Assembly: GCA_041640455.1 (NCBI GenBank)
Contig: JBEQAF010000026.1
Span: 1-23,588 of the forward strand
Source: a bacterium
Lineage (GTDB): Bacteria; CALINM01
Reading direction: 5' to 3'
DNA length: 23,588 nt
The position numbers and the translations under genes are program-made. Positions within the stretch are counted from its first letter, which is position 1; each line of letters begins with the position of its first letter. The notes under the pieces are model-generated. The model had not been told where the DNA came from, did no database searches, and saw only the letters and a list, made by a program, of their open reading frames with translations. Shown piece by piece: positions 17,201-23,588 of this stretch.

Positions 17201-18923
17201 AAAGACTCCTGTAAATATAATAGCTTCTCATTACCTTTTTTACATAATTTCTTGTCTCCAGAAAGGGGATATTTTCAATAAACTCATCCATATCTCTGTA
17301 AGTGTTCTCAAGCCATCTGATCACGTTATGCTCACCTGCATTATAGGCAGCAACAGCATACTCTACGCTACCAAACTTTTTAAGAAGAAAATCGAGATAA
17401 CTAATACCTATCTCTATATTTTTATCCTCTCTGAAAAGATCCGAAACCGTTACCACATGGTTATATCTTCTTGCAGTGGGAAGAATAATCTGCATAAGCC
17501 CGTAAGCCTTTGCAGGAGATACCACATCCTTTCTGAAATGACTCTCCTCTCTTGCGATAGCCATCACCAGAAAGGGATCTATGTTTTTACCTGCAGATTT
17601 TTCTTTAATAATCTCCATATAAGCTGGCGGATATTTGAGATAGAGATTTCCAATCTTCTCACCAACCATAAGAATATTGTAATAAAGCTCAAGTTTCTGA
17701 AAATAATCAATACAACAGGCTCCATTGTCTTTTATACTAAAAAGTAGCTCCTCCCTGGCTTCATCTTTCATCCCGAGATTTAAAAGTGCATCTACTCGAG
17801 GGAGCTTTTTCTGATCAGCGGTTTTAATGTTTCTTATTAATGGTTTTTTCTTTTTAAGATAATAATAGCCATCATTTTCACCCAGAAGGCTATAAAATTT
17901 TTCACCATCTCTTTCCTGATATTCATTAATCTTTCCAAGCCAGTAATAATATCTGTCCGAACTGGATGTTCTGGATAAATTCTCCAGAAGCCTCTCTGCC
18001 TTAGAATAGTTATTCAGCCTTATATAGATAAGTGCCTGGTTCCAGTAGATAAGCTCTTTCTTATCGGGGAAAAGCTCTTCCAGTGATAGAAGTATATTAA
18101 GAGCCTCTTCTAACTCCCCCTGGTTTTTGAGTATGTCCGATAAGGTAATATATAGAGTAAAATAATTTTTATTTTTTTCCTTTAAAAGCTCACGAACTCT
18201 GTTGATAAAGAGCTCCCTTTGCCCGTTTCTTAAGTGGCTTAGAAGATACAGCTCAAGATATTCGGGGGTTTTAAACTCTTTGATATTTTCAATAACCTCT
18301 TTGTATCTTCTCGTCCTGAAAAGGCTCTTTATAAAATATATCTCTTCAACCTCTCTTAAAGGGGAAAATATTTTTTTCAACTCCACAATCTCCTCAAACA
18401 GTCTCCTGTCGAAGAGCTTCTTTATAAGATTTATCCTGTCTGAATCGGATATGGTAAAGCCAAGCTCATCAAGGGTTTTTATTGCCTTAACAGAGTAGCC
18501 GTTTACCTGAGAAATAATGTTTTTTATAAGCTCTATGGCTTTATCTATCTCATTTTTTCTTACCAGATAGCGTGAGGCTTTGTATAACTCTTCTGTATCG
18601 GAAGGGAAATCTCTGTTGTAAATATTAATGTAGTTGATGACATCTTCCTCATCCCTTTTCTGTTTTATATGAAGAATTCTCCTCAGTGCCTTTTTGTAGT
18701 TTGGTGTACCTTTATAGCTTTCAATAATTTTCAGATATATATTCAGAGCTCCTTCTATATCGGTATCTTCCAGCTTTATAGCTTCTCTGTAAAGCAGATA
18801 ATCTTTTATGATGTTTTGTTCCTCAGAGATGGAGGAGATGCTGTTAAATGTCCTTCCGCCATCTAAAGCATGGGCAGAAGTAAGAAAAAATATTAGAGAA
18901 AAAAAGATGATTTTATTAAACAA
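17187..18923 (-). CDS. Slt70-like lytic murein transglycosylase with TPR-like N-terminal region
   Basis: Signal peptide (..LTSAHA), helical repeats, and C-terminal IAREESHF, AYGLMQI, AAYNAG and IPFLETRNYVKKV. TTG start overlaps rsmA. Confidence 0.92.
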   Translation of the reverse strand: MFNKIIFFSLIFFLTSAHALDGGRTFNSISSISEEQNIIKDYLLYREAIKLEDTDIEGALNIYLKIIESYKGTPNYKKALRRILHIKQKRDEEDVINYINIYNRDFPSDTEELYKASRYLVRKNEIDKAIELIKNIISQVNGYSVKAIKTLDELGFTISDSDRINLIKKLFDRRLFEEIVELKKIFSPLREVEEIYFIKSLFRTRRYKEVIENIKEFKTPEYLELYLLSHLRNGQRELFINRVRELLKEKNKNYFTLYITLSDILKNQGELEEALNILLSLEELFPDKKELIYWNQALIYIRLNNYSKAERLLENLSRTSSSDRYYYWLGKINEYQERDGEKFYSLLGENDGYYYLKKKKPLIRNIKTADQKKLPRVDALLNLGMKDEAREELLFSIKDNGACCIDYFQKLELYYNILMVGEKIGNLYLKYPPAYMEIIKEKSAGKNIDPFLVMAIAREESHFRKDVVSPAKAYGLMQIILPTARRYNHVVTVSDLFREDKNIEIGISYLDFLLKKFGSVEYAVAAYNAGEHNVIRWLENTYRDMDEFIENIPFLETRNYVKKVMRSYYIYRSLYEKP

Positions 18924-19683
18924 TAAGCCTTCCCTTAATAAAATCAGCTATCTCTTCATATAAGCCAAGTGGTATCTCTTCAGCTCTTCTGTTGTTTGAA
19001 ATATTAAATTTCTGCATTATCTCGTCTGCCATTGTACCATATATCCCCTTAATATTATTATAAAAGGTTTTTCGTCTCATTGAAAAAGCACTGCTAACAA
19101 ACTCTTTAAGTATTTTAGCCTTTTCTGTATCCACAGCTTTTTTTTCAAATACAAGGAACGCTGAATCTATCTTTGGTGGCGGCACAAAGGAGGTTCTTTT
19201 TACCTTAACTTTTATCTGGCAGTTACAGTAAAAATTACACATTATCGTTAATATACCATAGTCCTTGCTACCTTCTCCTGACACGATCCGATCTGCCACC
19301 TCTTTCTGCATCAGCAGTCCAAATTTTTTTATATTTTTAGCCTCTATTAGCTTGAAAATTATAGGAGTTGTTATATAGTAAGGGATGTTTCCGATAGCAT
19401 AGCTGACAGGATAATGTTCCAGCCTTACTTTCATTATATCTCCATGAATTATATGTATGTTCTTAAAACTTTGAAATCTCTCAATCAGGCAGCTATAAAG
19501 CTCCTCATCATACTCAAGGGCAAAAACATCTTTAAAATTTATGGCAAGTATTTCTGTAAGTGGTCCTTTTCCTGCCCCAATCTCAAAAATATTTTCTTTT
19601 CTGTCGGAACCGAAAGAGCTTACTATTTTTTGCAAAATATTTTTATCAAATAGAAAATGTTGCCCAAGTTTTCTTTTTCCCAT
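18916..19683 (-). CDS. rsmA: 16S rRNA adenine dimethyltransferase KsgA
   Basis: LGQHFL, EIGAGKG, GNIPYYITTPI, MQKEVADRI, FVPPPKIDSA, RRKT and RRAEEI. Confidence 0.97.
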   Translation of the reverse strand: MGKRKLGQHFLFDKNILQKIVSSFGSDRKENIFEIGAGKGPLTEILAINFKDVFALEYDEELYSCLIERFQSFKNIHIIHGDIMKVRLEHYPVSYAIGNIPYYITTPIIFKLIEAKNIKKFGLLMQKEVADRIVSGEGSKDYGILTIMCNFYCNCQIKVKVKRTSFVPPPKIDSAFLVFEKKAVDTEKAKILKEFVSSAFSMRRKTFYNNIKGIYGTMADEIMQKFNISNNRRAEEIPLGLYEEIADFIKGRLIV

Positions 19684-19741
19684 AAAATAAATCTATTACA
19701 GTTTGAGTTTTTATAAAAGAGAATAATTTTAAAGGATAGCT

Positions 19742-20626
19742 ATGGCAAAGTCAAAAACCGTTGCAGAAGTGAATGGTGAGATTGTTAGCGAGTGGCAACT
19801 GACAGATGGGATGATAAGCTATGCAAGGGAGGTTCTGAAAAAGGATCTGAAAGACCTTACTGCCAGTGAGTATAACGAGTGCAGATATGAGGCAATGGAA
19901 AAGCTCATAGGGAGCGAACTTTTATATCTTGAAGCATCCAGTTGCGGTTATGATGTAAGCGAGGATCTTCTTGAACAGGCTATAATTGATTTTAAAAGTA
20001 GCCTCACATCCGATTACAGCTTTTATGACTACCTTACCGAGCGGGGACTTACTGAAGAAGAGTTTCGAAAGAAGATGAAAAAACAGCTTATAAAAGAAAA
20101 TTTTGTCTCTGCCATATTATCAAGAATACCATTACCAGACGATAAAGATGTGGCAAACTATTACGAAAAGGTGAAAGATAAGATCTGTTTTCCTCCCCGT
20201 TTTACCTTTTTCGCCTGTTATGTATGCGATCCCACCGATGATGAGCGAGAAAGATTTAAGAGCGCCTTTATAAATTTAGCCAATAAAAGCTTTGAGCCTG
20301 CCTTTGCAGAAACTGTTATGCAAGACCTCAAACAGATTCTCGAAAGAGCTGTATTTGCAAGATATGAAAAAGATGCAGAAGATCTGCCAGCTGATTTCAG
20401 GAATATGCTGCTGGGTACCACCGAAAGTCATTTTACTCCCATATTTGACGCCCCCGATGAGGTGTCAATCATATATCTGATTAAAAAAGAGCATAATAAA
20501 CCCCTCAACGAGGATGAAGGGAAAAAGGAGGCAAGAAGATATCTTTCCATAGTCAGAGTAAAAAAGGTGCTTGATGCCTATATAGACAGCCTTAAGGATA
20601 AATACATCATAAAGACCTATCTATGA
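19742..20626 (+). CDS. SurA/PrsA-like N-terminal chaperone-domain protein with degenerate parvulin-like region
   Basis: TVAEVNGEIV, AMEKLIGSELLYLEA, GLTEEEFRKKMK, DVANYYE, and C-terminal IDSLKDKYII. No signal peptide; no recognisable parvulin HIL motif. Confidence 0.7.
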   Translation: MAKSKTVAEVNGEIVSEWQLTDGMISYAREVLKKDLKDLTASEYNECRYEAMEKLIGSELLYLEASSCGYDVSEDLLEQAIIDFKSSLTSDYSFYDYLTERGLTEEEFRKKMKKQLIKENFVSAILSRIPLPDDKDVANYYEKVKDKICFPPRFTFFACYVCDPTDDERERFKSAFINLANKSFEPAFAETVMQDLKQILERAVFARYEKDAEDLPADFRNMLLGTTESHFTPIFDAPDEVSIIYLIKKEHNKPLNEDEGKKEARRYLSIVRVKKVLDAYIDSLKDKYIIKTYL

Positions 20627-21144
20627 ACTCCCATGAGCTACTTGAAACCTTTGATTTAGATGGCAATTTTCTTGGATTGAGAACAAGAAAAGACTGTCAT
20701 AAGAACCCGAAGATTGCTCACAGGGCTGTTCATCTTCTTGTTTTTAAAAATGAAAAAGAGCTCTTTTTGCAGAAAAGGTCTGAGAAAAAGGATCTTTATC
20801 CGCTTTGCTGGGACACATCAGTAGGGGGTCATTTAAACGTGGGAGAAAGCTACGAAGCTGGTGCAGTGAGAGAATGCATGGAAGAGCTTGGCTTCAAACC
20901 TTCAAAGATAAAGTTTCTATACAGATACAGCGCTTTTCTAAAAGAGGAGACTGAGCTTGTTGAAACATTTGCCACCTTTTATGATAAAGGATTCAGCATA
21001 GACAGGGAGGAGGTTGCGGAGGTAAAACTTTTTCTCATAGACCAGCTTTTTGAACTAAGAGATAAAAATTCATTCAGCCCTTATTTTCTGCTTGAGCTTG
21101 AGCATCTTAAAGCCTACATAAAAAGTGGAGGGTCTTTAAAATGA
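20623..21144 (+). CDS. NUDIX hydrolase (YfcD/IDI-like subgroup)
   Basis: Nudix box GHLNVGE-SYEAGAV-RECMEELGF; also HRAVHLLVF and LQKRS. Confidence 0.9.
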   Translation: MNSHELLETFDLDGNFLGLRTRKDCHKNPKIAHRAVHLLVFKNEKELFLQKRSEKKDLYPLCWDTSVGGHLNVGESYEAGAVRECMEELGFKPSKIKFLYRYSAFLKEETELVETFATFYDKGFSIDREEVAEVKLFLIDQLFELRDKNSFSPYFLLELEHLKAYIKSGGSLK

Positions 21145-21986
21145 AGATTTTAATCTTAGGAGGAGGCGGAACCTTAGGGAAAGACCTGATAGCCCTTTTA
21201 AGGCAGAAAAAGATAGAATTTTACTCCTTCACCAAAGAACAGCTAAATATTTTAAATACCAGCAAGCTATCAGATGCCATAGAAGAGATTAAACCTGATG
21301 TAATTATTAACTGTGCCGCTTACACAAAGGTAGATATGGCAGAGATAGAAAAGGAGAAAGCCTTTAACGTAAATGCGCTTGCAGTATTCAATCTGGCTGG
21401 GATCTGTAGAAAAAACAAAATTTTGCTTGTCCATATCAGTACAGACTACGTTTTCTCGGGCACAAAAAAGATGCCCTATCATCCCTTTGATCTGGCTGAG
21501 CCTGTGAACTATTATGGTTTAAGCAAACTTTACGGAGAAAACTATATAAAATATTCAGGCTGTGAGTATCTTATTGTAAGGACAAGCTGGCTTTACGGAA
21601 CTGAGGGAGACAACTTCTTTCTCCGTCTGCTTTCAAAAAGTGAAACAAAAGACGAGATAGCCGTTGAGATAGACCAGATAAGCTCTCCCACCTCCACATT
21701 AACACTTTCAAAGTCCCTTATATCCCTTATAAACAGAGGAGCGAGAGGTATCTTTAATGTTACTGACAGGACAAAAAACGGCATCAGCCTTAACACCTTT
21801 GCCAGGAAAGTGATGGAGGTGTTCGAAAGAAATACCATTATCAAGCCTGTTCGGTCATCAGAAATGTTAAAACCAGCTAAACGTCCAGAATACTCGGTGC
21901 TTGATATTGAGGCTACAGAGTATATTATAGGTGAAAAGCTCCCATACTGGGAAGTAAGCCTGGGAGAGATAAAGAGGAGACTATAA
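21141..21986 (+). CDS. rfbD: dTDP-4-dehydrorhamnose reductase
   Basis: GGGGTLG, INCAAYTKVD, ISTDYVF, YGLSKLYGE (YxxxK), RTSWLYG, DQISSPT and AKRPEYSVLD. Confidence 0.93.
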   Translation: MKILILGGGGTLGKDLIALLRQKKIEFYSFTKEQLNILNTSKLSDAIEEIKPDVIINCAAYTKVDMAEIEKEKAFNVNALAVFNLAGICRKNKILLVHISTDYVFSGTKKMPYHPFDLAEPVNYYGLSKLYGENYIKYSGCEYLIVRTSWLYGTEGDNFFLRLLSKSETKDEIAVEIDQISSPTSTLTLSKSLISLINRGARGIFNVTDRTKNGISLNTFARKVMEVFERNTIIKPVRSSEMLKPAKRPEYSVLDIEATEYIIGEKLPYWEVSLGEIKRRL

Positions 21987-22544
21987 ATGAAAAGATTAAT
22001 CGCCCTTTATGGAAGTCCAAGGGCTCAAGGAAATAGTGACATTCTTCTCGACAGCTTTCTCAAGGGCGTAGAAAGCAAAGCTAAACATAATATAGAAAGG
22101 ATTTATATAAGGGATCTAAAAATCAGCCCCTGCCTTGAGATTTACAAATGTAAAGAAAATGGCAGATGTATAATAAATGATGACTTTCAGATGATTTATG
22201 ATCTGATTGACCGTGCTAACCTGATTGTATTATCTACCCCCGTGATGTTTTATACCGTATCTGCTCATACAAAAATTCTTATGGACCGTTGTCAGTCTTT
22301 CTGGGTAAGAAAATATCTGCTTAATAAACGATCAGCGCAGAAAGAGGGGTACCTCCTTTCCGTAGGCGGAACTAAGGGAGAAAAACTTTTTGATGGTATT
22401 ACCCTTACTGTTAAATATTTTTTTGATGCCTTTGATTGTAAGCTTAAAGGATCTCTTTTTGCACGGGGTGTTGACGAAAAGGGAGACATTTTAAAACACC
22501 CGGATATACTGGAAAAGGCATTCGATTTAGGCGCATCTGTATAA
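21987..22544 (+). CDS. Flavodoxin-like FMN-binding protein (Isf / NADPH-dependent FMN reductase family)
   Basis: GSPRAQGNS FMN loop, PCLEIYKC...C..DD, STPVMFY and MDRCQ. Confidence 0.88.
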   Translation: MKRLIALYGSPRAQGNSDILLDSFLKGVESKAKHNIERIYIRDLKISPCLEIYKCKENGRCIINDDFQMIYDLIDRANLIVLSTPVMFYTVSAHTKILMDRCQSFWVRKYLLNKRSAQKEGYLLSVGGTKGEKLFDGITLTVKYFFDAFDCKLKGSLFARGVDEKGDILKHPDILEKAFDLGASV

Positions 22545-22547
22545 TCT

Positions 22548-23588
22548 ATGAAAATTAAAAAAAAAGAGCTATTAGGTCTTTTTGTGGTGGCACTGGGATT
22601 CTGGGCAGTCAGGCTAACCACATTTCCCCATGTTTTTAAATACGATTTTTTAAATCTTATAGACCCTGACAGCTATTATCATCTAAGACGTGTAATATAC
22701 ACCATCAACAACTTCCCATCTTTACTTAATTTTGACCCTTTTCTCTCCTATCCTCACGGAGACCATTGCCCATGGCCATTTTTCTACGATCTATTCTCAG
22801 CCTCGCTAATTAAAGTTTTGAGCTCCAATGTTTTTCTTATCCCTTTACTTAACCCTCTGTATTTCTTTATAGCCCTGATAATCATCTATTTTTCAGTTTT
22901 AAAAAACTTTGGTCTGTCAGCCGCTATTATTAGTTCCATGTTTATATCTCTAAGCGGAATTTTAAATATTTATACCTCTTTTGGTAGACTTGACCATCAT
23001 GCTATGGAGCTTCTTATAATTACTCTTTCATATATTATTTTTTACCACTACTATACAAAGAAAAGTATTCCCTCCCTGCTAATATTTACTTTTTTTCTAT
23101 GCATTTCTTTTTATAACTGGCCAGGCGCCATAATCTATTATCCGCCCATCTTCATGTTTGTAACATATGAGCTCTCGAAGAATAGACTTGATGTTAGAAT
23201 TCTTAAGAGGCTTTTTGTTGCCTTTCACATACTTGCCATATCTCTGGCAGTTTACCTTAAAACAACCAGAACTGACCAGTTTCCCCCCTATTCATACAAA
23301 TTTCTATCCGGTTTTCATAGAGATCTATGTTTCTTAATTTCCGTGTTCTTTATAACCCTTTATTTTCATAAAACACTTAAAATTAACAAAATTTTTCTCT
23401 GGATAGTTAATACAGCAGTATCTGCTCTTCTGTTTCACAGGCTTTTTATTGAGATAGCGAACGGCATGGGGTTTGTCTTTAAAAGTGACCGTCTAATGCT
23501 TCTTGTAGAAGAGAGTGCCCCTATGTTTTTCAGTAAATTTTACAGTCTCAAGGAAGAGTTTATCAGGGCTTTATCATTATTTACACCC
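22548..23588 (+). CDS. STT3-family (AglB/PglB) oligosaccharyltransferase, N-terminal membrane part (runs off the window; not in the ORF track)
   Basis: My translation gives 347 open codons from ATG 22548: MKIKKKELLGLFVVALGFWAVRL...IDPDSYYHLRR...NFP...FDPFLSYPHG...WPFFYD...SFGRLDHHAME...NWPG...LVEESAPMF, with multiple hydrophobic TM segments. Confidence 0.88.
   Translation, partial: MKIKKKELLGLFVVALGFWAVRLTTFPHVFKYDFLNLIDPDSYYHLRRVIYTINNFPSLLNFDPFLSYPHGDHCPWPFFYDLFSASLIKVLSSNVFLIPLLNPLYFFIALIIIYFSVLKNFGLSAAIISSMFISLSGILNIYTSFGRLDHHAMELLIITLSYIIFYHYYTKKSIPSLLIFTFFLCISFYNWPGAIIYYPPIFMFVTYELSKNRLDVRILKRLFVAFHILAISLAVYLKTTRTDQFPPYSYKFLSGFHRDLCFLISVFFITLYFHKTLKINKIFLWIVNTAVSALLFHRLFIEIANGMGFVFKSDRLMLLVEESAPMFFSKFYSLKEEFIRALSLFTP

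Noticed and set aside
13240..18923. Two lytic transglycosylases within 6 kb as a sign of prophage or a secretion system
   Set aside because: They are ordinary MltD- and Slt70-type proteins among housekeeping genes; no phage or secretion genes are present.
20623..21144. NUDIX protein as type 1 isopentenyl-diphosphate isomerase (given dxs/ispA nearby)
   Set aside because: It lacks the catalytic Cys (DTSVGGH in place of the NxxCGHP-type motif) and has a full Nudix box.
22557..22565. A9 tract at the 5' end of the OST gene as a phase-variation site
   Set aside because: A8/T8 runs also occur in other genes here (greA 1109-1116; 1538-1545). The tract encodes a Lys run, is in frame, and gives no evidence of switching without read data.
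22548..23588. T-rich composition as evidence of horizontal transfer
   Set aside because: Adequately explained by Phe/Leu/Ile codons of a polytopic membrane protein; no mobility signals are nearby.

Overview
Gene-dense, AT-rich bacterial chromosomal region with at least 24 CDS and almost no intergenic space. I see no RNA genes, mobile elements or CRISPR arrays. Gene content and order (carB-greA; xseB-ispA-dxs-tlyA; Slt/MltD transglycosylases; a lipoprotein) fit a diderm, possibly anaerobic, Desulfobacterota/Nitrospirota-like organism, but taxonomy cannot be fixed from this window. Plus strand: 3' carB, greA, transglutaminase-like lipoprotein, recG; an ACT + UPF0210 pair; xseB-ispA-dxs-tlyA. 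Minus strand: rsmA-slt-nfo; MBL hydrolase-Crp/Fnr-isochorismatase; MltD-like-moeA-(U32/UbiV-like)-(helical repeat protein). The last plus-strand operon is SurA-like, NUDIX, rfbD, Isf-like flavoprotein and an ORF missing from the supplied track (22548 to beyond 23588). Two observations stand out. (1) The missed ORF is an STT3-family oligosaccharyltransferase carrying the archaeal AglB-type DHH motif. (2) The 249-aa hypothetical overlapping the moeA stop codon has exactly four Cys, in the UbiV arrangement (IYLGxxxC ... CX12CX3C), suggesting an uncharacterised U32-family Fe-S protein with no adjacent UbiU-type partner.
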